DNA of 64,000 bases, from assembly GCA_965222115.1 (NCBI GenBank), contig CBDCTJ010000007.1, positions 1,216,001-1,280,000 on the forward strand, given 5' to 3'. Position numbers and translations under genes: made by a program. This document shows positions 29,206 to 38,134 of the stretch, in pieces. The notes under the pieces are model-generated. The model saw only the letters and a list, made by a program, of their open reading frames with translations. It did no database searches and was not told the DNA's origin. Source of the DNA: Planctomycetota bacterium (lineage in GTDB: Bacteria > Planctomycetota > PLA2 > JAEUHO01). How positions within the stretch are numbered: the first letter of the stretch is position 1; the number at the start of each line of letters is the position of its first letter.

Positions 29206-31164
29206 CTAACGACTCGATGCGATCGCGTGAACGGCGTCGGGATTGGCGACGCTGGCCATGTCGCCCAGGGGTTCGTTCAGCCAGCGCTTCTTGATGAGGC
29301 CGCGCACGATCTTGGCCGAGCGGGTTTTGGGCAGCGCATCCACGAATCGAATATCCTTTGGCTTGAGTGTCTTGCCCAGTCGCGCGATGGCGGCATCGAA
29401 GAGTTCCGCGCGGAGCGCTTCGGTTTCCTTGGTGCCCGGCTTGAGAACCACGAACACCATGAGTGTTTCGCCCTTGAGTTTGTCGGGAATGCCAATGGTG
29501 GCGGCTTCACTCGCCCTCGGATGTTCGACAATGGCGGCTTCCACCTCCGCCGGCCCCACGCGTTTGCCCGCTACGTTGATGGTGTCGTCGCTGCGACCGT
29601 GCAGGAACCAAAATCCATCAGCGTCGATGAACGCCCAGTCGCCGTGATACCAAATGTCGTTGCCAAAGCGTTCAAAGTAGGTGGCGAGATAGCGCGCGTC
29701 GTCGCCTAAGAACGACTTTGTGAGACTTGGCGCCGGCTGCTTTAGGACCAGATGGCCAATGCCTTCGCGAATCGGTTTGCCGTCGTCATTAAAGACGTCA
29801 ACGTCCATGCCCAGGCCCGGCCCGCGAAGTGTGCACGACTTCAAGGCCGTGATGGGTAGCGGCGACAAGTGGCATCCCACCAGTTCTGTTCCGCCGCTGA
29901 TATTGATAATGGGGCAACGCGTGTCGCCCACGTGCTCGAAGCACCACGCCCAGGACTCGGGATCCCACGGTTCCCCCGTGGAGCCAATGATGCGTAGCGA
30001 CGACAGATCGTGCCCTTCGGCAAGGTCGTCGCCCGCTTGGCGGAGCAATCGAATGGCGGTGGGCGCGATGCCCAAATGCGTGAGGCGGTGTCGCGCTACG
30101 ATTTCGAAGAGTCGATCCGGATTGGGCCAGTTGGGAGCGCCCTCATAGATCAAGAGCGAGGCACCCAAACTCGTGACGCCAATCATTTCCCAGGGACCCA
30201 TCATCCACCCGATGTCGGTGAGCCAGAAGAAGCGATCCTCGGGCTTTACATCGAACGCGTAGCCGAGCTCTTTGTTCATCTGCGCGAGGCAGCCGGCGTG
30301 CGTATGCACCGTGCCTTTGGGTTTGCCCGTGGTGCCCGACGTGTAGAGCACCATGGCCGGCGCTTCGCTGGGCAGTCGTTCGGTGCTTCGGTCGGGCGCC
30401 TTGTCTTCGATGACGTCGTGCCACCACAGATCGCGCCCCTCCTTCATAGACACATTGTCTTGCTTTGTGTGGCGCAACACGATTTGATGGCGCAATGTGG
30501 ATACGTCGGCAACGGCGCTGTCGGCGTTGGGCTTGATGGGCGACGTCTTGCCGCGTCGGAAGCCACCGTCGGCTGTAAACAACAACACCGCGCCCGCATC
30601 TTTGAGCCGCACAGCCAGTGCTTCGGCACCGAACGCGGAGAAAATCGGAATCGCAACGGCACCTACGTGGAAACACGCGAACAGCGCGGTGACCACCTCG
30701 GGCACCATGGGCATATAGATGCCTACGTGATCGCCCACGCCAACGTCGAGTGAGCGCAATGCGCTTGCCATGCGGCCCACGTCGTCGTGCAATTGTGAGT
30801 AGCTGATGGTGCTCGTGGATCCATCGTCCCCTTCGGCGCGAAGCGCAATCGCGTCGCCGCGACCGCCATTCACATGCCGGTCCACGCAGTTGAGCACGAT
30901 GTTGGTGTGTCCGCCCACGAACCACGATGTCCACGGGAAGCCCTTCGAGCGGTCCAGAGTTTGATCGTAGGGCTTAAACCAAGACAGCCCGAGATCATCC
31001 AACGCCACGTCCCAAAAGCGGGCGATGTCTTCCACCGACCAACGATGAAGTTCGTCGTAGGTGCTGACGCCGGCGCGTTCCATGAGACGCCACACATTCG
31101 TCTTCTTGATGTCGCGTTCGGTGGGTCTCCAGACCACGTCGGAATGGCTTGGCGGTGGCGGCAT
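29206..31164 (-). CDS. Acetyl-CoA synthetase-like AMP-binding acyl-CoA ligase
   Basis: YTSGTTGKPKG, DIGWMMG, STGEP, GRSDD, PKTRSAKI; GAAGGAG SD. Confidence 0.92.
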   Translation of the reverse strand: MPPPPSHSDVVWRPTERDIKKTNVWRLMERAGVSTYDELHRWSVEDIARFWDVALDDLGLSWFKPYDQTLDRSKGFPWTSWFVGGHTNIVLNCVDRHVNGGRGDAIALRAEGDDGSTSTISYSQLHDDVGRMASALRSLDVGVGDHVGIYMPMVPEVVTALFACFHVGAVAIPIFSAFGAEALAVRLKDAGAVLLFTADGGFRRGKTSPIKPNADSAVADVSTLRHQIVLRHTKQDNVSMKEGRDLWWHDVIEDKAPDRSTERLPSEAPAMVLYTSGTTGKPKGTVHTHAGCLAQMNKELGYAFDVKPEDRFFWLTDIGWMMGPWEMIGVTSLGASLLIYEGAPNWPNPDRLFEIVARHRLTHLGIAPTAIRLLRQAGDDLAEGHDLSSLRIIGSTGEPWDPESWAWCFEHVGDTRCPIINISGGTELVGCHLSPLPITALKSCTLRGPGLGMDVDVFNDDGKPIREGIGHLVLKQPAPSLTKSFLGDDARYLATYFERFGNDIWYHGDWAFIDADGFWFLHGRSDDTINVAGKRVGPAEVEAAIVEHPRASEAATIGIPDKLKGETLMVFVVLKPGTKETEALRAELFDAAIARLGKTLKPKDIRFVDALPKTRSAKIVRGLIKKRWLNEPLGDMASVANPDAVHAIASSR

Positions 31165-31319
31165 GGCGCGTCTCCTTCGAAGGCGAGCGCAGTGTAGCCC
31201 CGCGCGGCAAGCCCAGACGATTCACGGATAGCCGGGCTCATGAGAACGAGCGACCGCATCGGGGTTTCAACCGGAATCTCATTGTGTCGATCCATACTGT
31301 TGAACGCCTACAACAAACG

Positions 31320-32723
31320 ATGGATGCCTCAGTGACCACGGAATCAAACCCGCCACCGCTTTCCCTGGATTGGTCCGATCTTGCGTCACCGGTGCCGGAT
31401 GGGACCGATGGATTCGGTGGGGCTGTGGCCGCGCAACTTGAGGGGCTTCAGGCTGAGGACGGTCGCGTTCGCGCACGCACACTCGCTCAGGAGGTTGGGG
31501 CGCTTGCAGGCGTTGGGCGCTATGGCTTCTATGACCTGCCATCGCGTCGCGACTACGTGGTGGATTGTCGCGAGTGGTGCCGCACGCTTCCTCCCGCTCG
31601 AAAGTTCTTGGTGATAGGCATCGGCGGTTCCGCGGCAACCACGCGCGTGCTTCAAGGCCTCGTGCCCCACGGAAGCGAGCGCGCGCTTGTGTTGGACACC
31701 GTGGATCCCCAACCCATTGACACCGTCATGCGCACGTGGGACCCCCGCGAAACGATCGTGTTGGTCATCTCGAAATCAGGCACCACACTTGAAACGCTTT
31801 CCGTATTCGCCTGTATCGAAGCGTGGCTCATCGGTGCGCTCGGTGACGATGCAGTGGGTCGCATAACGGCGATTTGTGGAGAAGAAGAAAATCCTCTTCG
31901 AACCCATGCCATGGAGCGCGGCTATGCCGTGTTGTCGATTCCGTCTGAGGTAGGCGGTCGCTTTTCAGCGTTGACGCCCGTGGGTTTGGCGCCGGCTACG
32001 CTGCTAGGTCTCGACGGCGAAGGGTTGTTGCAAGGCGCGAGTGAATTGCGTGAGTCCACAGAAGCCACAACCATTGAGGACAACCCGGCGCTGTTGCTCG
32101 CCCTGCTTCACGCCGATGCCCATTGCTGGCGCGCGTCGTCAACCTTGCTCTGGCCGTACGGAGCTTCGATAGAAGCTCTGGGCGCGTGGTGGGTGCAGCT
32201 CGTGGGCGAGAGCTTGGGTAAACGCGTGGATGTGGACGACCACGCGCTTCTCCCCAGTGCCGCATCAGGCCCACGCGATCAGCACAGCTTGCTCCAATTG
32301 CTCATGGAAGGCGCCGGTCGCTCGCTCGTGACGTTTGTGCGGGCGCAATCGTCCGGCGCGTCCATCGACATCCCGTCGGCGTCGCAATCGATGACGCTCG
32401 CCGCAGGCACGTCAATGCGCGATCTGCTGAACATTGCGAGTGAGTCAACACGCTACGCGCTCTATCAAGCGGGACGACCCGCCCTTGTGATTGACCTCGC
32501 GGCGAGCGATGAGCGGTCCGTCGGGGCGTTCTTGTTCCTGTACGAAATGATGGTTACGTACTGGGCACATCTCTGGCGCGTGAACGCATTCGACCAGCCC
32601 GGTGTGCAACACGGGAAAGACGCCGCGCGCGCATTGCTTACGGGAACGCCGCAGACCCTGCGCGCACGCATGAACGCGCTGGCGGATCTACGGCGATCAC
32701 ACAACTGGCGCTCGCCCCAATAG
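31320..32723 (+). CDS. pgi: Glucose-6-phosphate isomerase
   Basis: GIGGS, SKSGTTLET, VGGRFS, QLVGESLGK, DQHS, FDQPGV. Confidence 0.88.
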   Translation: MDASVTTESNPPPLSLDWSDLASPVPDGTDGFGGAVAAQLEGLQAEDGRVRARTLAQEVGALAGVGRYGFYDLPSRRDYVVDCREWCRTLPPARKFLVIGIGGSAATTRVLQGLVPHGSERALVLDTVDPQPIDTVMRTWDPRETIVLVISKSGTTLETLSVFACIEAWLIGALGDDAVGRITAICGEEENPLRTHAMERGYAVLSIPSEVGGRFSALTPVGLAPATLLGLDGEGLLQGASELRESTEATTIEDNPALLLALLHADAHCWRASSTLLWPYGASIEALGAWWVQLVGESLGKRVDVDDHALLPSAASGPRDQHSLLQLLMEGAGRSLVTFVRAQSSGASIDIPSASQSMTLAAGTSMRDLLNIASESTRYALYQAGRPALVIDLAASDERSVGAFLFLYEMMVTYWAHLWRVNAFDQPGVQHGKDAARALLTGTPQTLRARMNALADLRRSHNWRSPQ

Positions 32724-32782
32724 GTAGCCAGCGTGTAGGCAGACGAGCACTTCAAACTGGTAAAGCTCGCCTCGAAGGCGGT

Positions 32783-32861
32783 CTAAACGGCATGTCTTAA
32801 AACGGTTTGTCTTGTCTTAAAACGGTTTGTCTTAAAACGGTTTGTCTTAAAACGGAATGTC
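32783..32861 (-). repeat. 15-bp tandem repeats copying the ssb C-terminal codons plus stop
   Basis: Minus strand: GACATTCCGTTTTAA (gene end), GACAAACCGTTTTAA x3 (one 5-nt GACAA interruption), GACATGCCGTTTAG. Confidence 0.9.
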
Positions 32862-33287
32862 GTCGTCTGACGAGGTGTAGTCGTCTTGTGGCGTTTGCGC
32901 CGGACGAGCGCCCACCTGCGCGGGCACATTCTGTCCGCCACCACCACCATTCTCATTGCGGCCGCCAATGAACTGGAAGCTTTCGGCAACGACAGAGAGC
33001 TTGGAGCGCTTCTGTCCGTCGCGCTCCCACGAATCGAACTTGAGGCGCCCTTCCACAAAGAGCTGGCGACCTTTGGATAGGTAGCGGGCGATGGTTTCGC
33101 CCGTGCGACCCCACGCCTCGACTTCCACGAAGCATGTTTCTTCGACTTTTTCGCCGGAGTCGCGGCGGACGTAGACGCGGTTGACCGCAAGCCCGAAGTT
33201 GCACACCGAGGATCCGCTGGGCAAGGAGCGAGTTTCGGGGTCGCGGGTAAGGCGACCGATGAGGAGGACTTTATTGAGGTTGGCCAT
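32847..33287 (-). CDS. ssb: Single-stranded DNA-binding protein
   Basis: LNKVLLIGRLTRDPE, KGRQLFVEGRL, C-terminal DDDIPF. Confidence 0.97.
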   Translation of the reverse strand: MANLNKVLLIGRLTRDPETRSLPSGSSVCNFGLAVNRVYVRRDSGEKVEETCFVEVEAWGRTGETIARYLSKGRQLFVEGRLKFDSWERDGQKRSKLSVVAESFQFIGGRNENGGGGGQNVPAQVGARPAQTPQDDYTSSDDDIPF

Positions 33288-33366
33288 GGCAATGATCTCC
33301 CGAACTATGGCGAGGATGAAATGCGGTCGAGGGTACTGAAACTGAAGTCTAGTCTTCCTGGGGTGG

Positions 33367-33396
33367 CAGGCTTTCTGATTACAGGCTTTCTGATTA
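33367..33396. repeat. Perfect 15-bp direct duplication in the ssb upstream region
   Basis: CAGGCTTTCTGATTA x2. Confidence 0.85.
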
Positions 33397-33583
33397 AACG
33401 TCCGCGGTACGCGGCGACACGCCCTTGCGGACGCATTCGAGCGGTCCCGCCCGCGCGTGAGCCCCCTTTCGGGTGTGAATCTGGGCGCGGCCGGTTTTGG
33501 CGGCTTTCTGGGCCAACCAGGCGAATGCGTTCGGCGAGACCGAAGCGCAACATGGTACTGTTTGGCACCGACAGGATCTGACT

Positions 33584-33943
33584 ATGCCCGACGAACGCCG
33601 CCGCCACGCCCGAGTAACTGCCGATTTTCCATGCCTCCTTGTGGGCTCCGACGGTGGCACCGAGCCCTTTGATCTCATCGACCTGTCCGAAAGTGGCGTC
33701 CGAATGACCTGCTCCAAGAAGCTCACGCCGATGACGCGCATTGACGTGGCGCTGCGCCTCCCAGCGGATCGTGTGGGGGCGGCCGAAGACTGTCCTCTCA
33801 AAACGGTAGGCGTTGTCGTGTGGAGTCACCAACTCGACGAAGATCGCTTTGATACCGGCGTCTTCTTTCCCGAGCTCGAAGATGGTGAGCGGAGCCTCTT
33901 GAAGGCTTTCGTCGCGTCGGCTACGGGCGCATCGCGCGCGTAG
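33584..33943 (+). CDS. Stand-alone PilZ-domain c-di-GMP receptor
   Basis: ERRRHAR (RxxxR) and DLSESG (DxSxxG); GVVVW, GVFF. Confidence 0.88.
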   Translation: MPDERRRHARVTADFPCLLVGSDGGTEPFDLIDLSESGVRMTCSKKLTPMTRIDVALRLPADRVGAAEDCPLKTVGVVVWSHQLDEDRFDTGVFFPELEDGERSLLKAFVASATGASRA

Positions 33944-34015
33944 CACGATTCCCTTCCTTGCGCGTTCGACGCAATCGATTGCACGCTGTTTGACACCCGT
34001 GCGTACGATGCGTCC

Positions 34016-35173
34016 ATGAATGCGTTTCAAATTGCCACGGCGACCGTGATCGGTCTCGTTGTGGGATCATTTCTAAACGTTGTGATCTGGCGTTTGCCGC
34101 GGGGCGAAAACCTATCCAAGCCACGTTCGCGGTGCCCCAAGTGCAACACCATGATTCGTTGGTTTGACAACATTCCCGTGTTGTCGTGGTTGATGCTGGG
34201 CGGCCGTTGTCGCGGCTGCAAGGTGCGCATTTCAGCGCGCTATCCATTCGTCGAACTACTTTCGGGCGGGCTATTTTTCTTGGCCGCTTGGAAGCTGGGC
34301 GCCCACGTCCCAACGACCGTCATTGTGTCGATTGCACTTGCGGCGCTCGTGGCGATTTCGTTCATTGACTGGGATCTGAAGATCATTCCCGATGCAATTA
34401 GCAAGCCCGGCATTGTGCTTGGTATCGCCTGTGCACCCCTGATGACGTCTGCCGTGCATCCCACGGATTGGATAGACGGGCTGCGTCCTGCGCCCAATCA
34501 GTGGTTGCATGCATGTGCAGGTGCACTGGCCGGTGCATTGATCATTCTCGCCGTCCGCGCGCTCGGGTCTTGGATCATGAAGAAGGAGGCCATGGGTCTC
34601 GGCGACGTGAAACTCCTTGCGTTCATCGGCGCACTGGTTGGCCCCATGCCCGTCGTCTACGTGTTCGTGCTTGGTTGTTTCTTCGGTGCGTTACTTGGCG
34701 GACTCATGTTCGCCATTGGCAAGCGTCGAACCATGCCCATGCAAGCCACCGTAGGGGGCAACACGCTGCCATTTTATCGCGGCAAGCTCGACGCCGATGG
34801 CACGCTCTGGCTTCCTACGTCGGCACGTGCAGCGTCGGAAGACGGCGCCCCCCCTGACTCACCACTCAAGCAAGGTGACGAGGTGCCGATTCAGATGGTG
34901 CTCTATGCCGATCGGATCCTGGAGGAGACCGACGCCGAGGTCCGGGTGAATGGGGAAATTCACTATGCGGGGCCCGACGGCATTCGACTCAAACTCGGGG
35001 AGGTCGATGCCACCAGTCAAGAACGACTCGAGATGTTTCGAATGTCCTATCGATATGTTCCTTTTGGACCCTTTCTCTCCATTGCCGGTGCCCTGGTCAT
35101 GCTGTTTGGGCCGGAAGTTCACCACTTTGTCACGGTCGGCTACCCCGGTTGGGTTCGTTCACTGTCGGGATAA
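34016..35173 (+). CDS. pilD: Prepilin peptidase (A24) with ~110-aa inserted soluble domain
   Basis: GSFLNVVIWRLP, CPKC/CRGC, FIDWD and MGLGDVKL aspartates, PFGPFL. Confidence 0.92.
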   Translation: MNAFQIATATVIGLVVGSFLNVVIWRLPRGENLSKPRSRCPKCNTMIRWFDNIPVLSWLMLGGRCRGCKVRISARYPFVELLSGGLFFLAAWKLGAHVPTTVIVSIALAALVAISFIDWDLKIIPDAISKPGIVLGIACAPLMTSAVHPTDWIDGLRPAPNQWLHACAGALAGALIILAVRALGSWIMKKEAMGLGDVKLLAFIGALVGPMPVVYVFVLGCFFGALLGGLMFAIGKRRTMPMQATVGGNTLPFYRGKLDADGTLWLPTSARAASEDGAPPDSPLKQGDEVPIQMVLYADRILEETDAEVRVNGEIHYAGPDGIRLKLGEVDATSQERLEMFRMSYRYVPFGPFLSIAGALVMLFGPEVHHFVTVGYPGWVRSLSG

Positions 35174-35628
35174 CAGGGTGTAAACCCTGCCCAATTCTTG
35201 CACTACTCAGACGTAAGTGGGCCTAAGTCGGCCCGATGTAATGCATTAGTGGGGAGACACGAGAAGCACCCCCGCGCTTCCCGTAACCCCCATGGTGTTG
35301 TGGACGAATCAGATTCTACCCCCCGTATGATGTATTTTGGGCTTGACCCAAGTGCTGGGCAGGGTTGAATCGTTGCTGGTACATCCGTCCGGAGGGTCAT
35401 TCGCGGGAGGCGGCTGGCGTTAGTCAGTCACGCGGGTCGATCACACCAGGCGGCGAGCCGGTTTCGACACGCTCGTTTTATCGAGTTTGTCTTTGTGAGG
35501 TTCGCCCTTACGGCACCAGAACAAGTCCGAGTCGGAACGAATCCGATTGAGGCGTCATTTGAAACCGCGCACACGTATTGAATCGCGCAAGCCTGAGTAC
35601 TTGCGCAACCCGAGAGAGGGAGGACACC

Positions 35629-36669
35629 ATGAAGTTCCACGAGTCAGCTAGCGGTCGCACACTTCGGATGATTGCGCTAACAGCGTTGGGGTTTGGCGTC
35701 GCGACGCTCGCGTCGGGTTGCTCAACGATCAAGCGACAGAAGAAAGAGATCTGTTGCCTTCGTTCCAAAGTCGTGGATTTGCGCGATAAGAGCGCTTCGC
35801 TTGAGAATGAGGTGAAGCAGTCTCACGCCCGCGTTGATCAGAGTGCTGCACAAGCTCAGGCCCTCAACTCTCAGAATCTTGCTCTGCAGCAGCGCGCGCA
35901 GAATGCAGAGGCATCCGCAAGTCACGCACAGTCTCAGATTGCGAACGCTCAGTCCGACGCCGCCAACGCCCACGGTCAACTCGCCCAGATGAGTGGGGCA
36001 ATCGACGCAAAGAACGCCGAACTTGCGAGCGCAAAAGAACGTCAGATTGATCTCATTGAGCGTCAATCCGATTTGCTCGAACGCCACCAGCGCCTCGTCG
36101 CCGCGCTAGACAAAGAGCGCAGTCGTCCGGCGCCGGCTCCTTCACCCGCGAATTGGGGTCCAGCGCCAAGTACGTTGGCGAACAACAACTTCCAAGAAAA
36201 CGAGCAGGCCGCAGCGTTCCGCCGCGAGTTGCAGAACCATTTGTCATCATCCGGCGTGCGCGACATGCACGTTGAAGTGCGAACCGACCGTGGTGGTCGC
36301 CAACGCGTCGCCATCGTACTTCCCGATGCGTTCCCTCCCGGAAAGGCAACGCTTGCTTACAACGAGTCCGCAGTAAAGGCCGTCATGGGCGTAGGGCAGT
36401 TGATTCGAAGCCATTACCCCAGCAGCCAAGTTGAGGTCGAAGGTCACACCGACTCCGATCCCATTCGCGTGTCCAAGTGGGGCACCAACGAACGTCTCGG
36501 TCAGGCTCGCGCCGATGCCGTGGCCAAGTTGCTTTCGAGCGCAGGCGTTACCAATCAGCAGATTCGCACTGAGGGTCTTGGTGCGCGCGATCCGCTTGAG
36601 CCCGGTAGCACCAAGCGCGCCAAGAGCCGCAACCGTCGCGTTGAGATTTTCATCGCGCCCCGCGGATAA
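35629..36669 (+). CDS. Lipoprotein with coiled coil and OmpA/MotB-like peptidoglycan-binding domain
   Basis: LASGC lipobox, long Q/A/L heptads, EGHTDSDPI, ARA, NRRVEI; GGAGG SD. Confidence 0.88.
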   Translation: MKFHESASGRTLRMIALTALGFGVATLASGCSTIKRQKKEICCLRSKVVDLRDKSASLENEVKQSHARVDQSAAQAQALNSQNLALQQRAQNAEASASHAQSQIANAQSDAANAHGQLAQMSGAIDAKNAELASAKERQIDLIERQSDLLERHQRLVAALDKERSRPAPAPSPANWGPAPSTLANNNFQENEQAAAFRRELQNHLSSSGVRDMHVEVRTDRGGRQRVAIVLPDAFPPGKATLAYNESAVKAVMGVGQLIRSHYPSSQVEVEGHTDSDPIRVSKWGTNERLGQARADAVAKLLSSAGVTNQQIRTEGLGARDPLEPGSTKRAKSRNRRVEIFIAPRG

Positions 36670-36729
36670 ATCGGCACACCAGTAGTTGGCATATCAGTAG
36701 TCGGCGTACCAGTAATCGGAAAGCCAGCG
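36670..36729 (+). repeat. Four degenerate 15-bp tandem repeats directly after the stop codon
   Basis: ATCGGCACACCAGTA, GTTGGCATATCAGTA, GTCGGCGTACCAGTA, ATCGGAAAGCCAGCG. Confidence 0.7.
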
Positions 36730-36872
36730 ACATACGTCAAACGCGACGTGCCTTGTCAAAAAGCCAGTCAAGTCAAAACGCCAGTGAGATGAGTTTCGAA
36801 CAGTGACGTGTCTCTAAAAGAGACAATGCGCGACCTTCCGCGCGCGACGTCCCATGACGCCAGGAGAGCCCC

Positions 36873-37913
36873 ATGAAAATCAGAGCCATTTGGTTACCCG
36901 CCCTATGCGCCGTAACCGCGTTGGTGGTCCTTCCCGCCTGCCGGTCCACGCGCCGAAAGTGCTGCCCGCAAACGCCCGCGCCTGAAGTGGCCGATGCCGG
37001 GGACGCCGACGGGTTCACGCCCGATCCTCCGTTGGCCGATGCCGGCGAGGCGTTTACACCTCCCTCTGCGCCGCCGCTTGCTCCTGATATGCCCTTGGCC
37101 AACGCGGCTCCGATGGTACCGGCGCCCATGATGACGCCGATGGCTCCCGCGACTCCAATGGCGCCACCTATGGCCGCTGCACCGTCTGAGACCTACATGC
37201 CACCCATGGCAAATGGTGCGACACCTATGCCCGCGCCCATGGCCGGATCAGGGTTTCCTGTGGCGGACGGCACGCCCGTCTACTCGGATGCGCCGCCCGC
37301 CACGGGTGAGTATGTGGCGCCCGAGGCACCGCCCGCCGTTGCCGCCGCCGAGTCGGATGGCAATCTCGGTGCGCTCGACGAGCGCCTTCGCGCCGCCGAA
37401 GAGCGTCTGCGTCAGGCCGAAGACGCCATCATGAATTCGAGTCCGCCTGCTGCGGCACCCGCACATAGTGCGGGCGGGGGCAGTTCACTTGCCCAGCTTG
37501 AATCCGACCTTCGGTCGCACGGTGGTACCGAAGTCGTGCGTCAGGGCGACATGGTCATTGTGCGTATGACCGATGCGTTCCGTTCCGGTTCGGATCTCTT
37601 GAAGCAGGATGCGAAGTTGGTCAATGCACTGAATGCCACCGCCTCCGCACTCAAGCGCTATCCCAACAGCCGCGTCAACGTTGTTGGTCACTCCGATGGT
37701 CAGCCGATTGTGAAGACGCGTCACAAGTGGCGTGATAACCGTCACCTCTCCCAGGCGCGCGCCGAGCGCGTGGCGCAGTTGCTCACTCGCAATGGCGTCG
37801 AGTCGGGGCGGATCTTCGTGGACGGTCGTGGTGCAGAGAATCCCTTGGTGCCCGAGCGCAGTGCGCGTGACCGCGCCAAGAACCGCCGCGTCGAGATCAT
37901 GATCAAGATGTAG
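36873..37913 (+). CDS. Lipoprotein with Pro/Ala/Met-rich linker and OmpA/MotB-like domain
   Basis: LPAC lipobox, GHSDGQPI, LSQARA, NRRVEI. Confidence 0.88.
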   Translation: MKIRAIWLPALCAVTALVVLPACRSTRRKCCPQTPAPEVADAGDADGFTPDPPLADAGEAFTPPSAPPLAPDMPLANAAPMVPAPMMTPMAPATPMAPPMAAAPSETYMPPMANGATPMPAPMAGSGFPVADGTPVYSDAPPATGEYVAPEAPPAVAAAESDGNLGALDERLRAAEERLRQAEDAIMNSSPPAAAPAHSAGGGSSLAQLESDLRSHGGTEVVRQGDMVIVRMTDAFRSGSDLLKQDAKLVNALNATASALKRYPNSRVNVVGHSDGQPIVKTRHKWRDNRHLSQARAERVAQLLTRNGVESGRIFVDGRGAENPLVPERSARDRAKNRRVEIMIKM

Positions 37914-37937
37914 CCGGAGCCCTCCGCTCCCCGTTTT

Positions 37938-37997
37938 TTCCTGCCAAATTTTTCCCGGCCAAATTCCTCCAGCCCATTCCCCTCCCGCCCAATCTCC
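37938..37997 (+). repeat. Degenerate pyrimidine-rich 15-bp tandem repeats
   Basis: TTCCTGCCAAATTTT, TCCCGGCCAAATTCC, TCCAGCCCATTCCCC, TCCCGCCCAATCTCC. Confidence 0.55.
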
Positions 37998-38134
37998 TCC
38001 CAGAGAATCGATCCCTCCCTGCGAGGGCTCGCCACACTCAGCAATGAGTGATCGGCGGGCCCTCGCGTCTTTTTTGCAGCAATCGCTTGCAACGAGAACG
38101 CTAGGTCCACCTGCGTTCGTAGACTGCGCGGTCC

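Noticed and set aside
32783-32861. Possible CRISPR array (also 36670-36729 and 56424-57936)
   Set aside because: Units are directly adjacent with no unique spacers, and no cas genes are present
32783-33292. Alternative 169-aa ORF with FKTNR repeats
   Set aside because: Out-of-frame shadow of ssb running through the DNA repeat
33451-33490. c-di-GMP-I riboswitch near pilZ/ssb
   Set aside because: A GAAA loop is present, but the GGCAAA and GACGCAAA conserved segments are missing
35629-37913. Flagellar stator motB genes
   Set aside because: Lipobox instead of an Asp-containing TM helix, and no motA nearby
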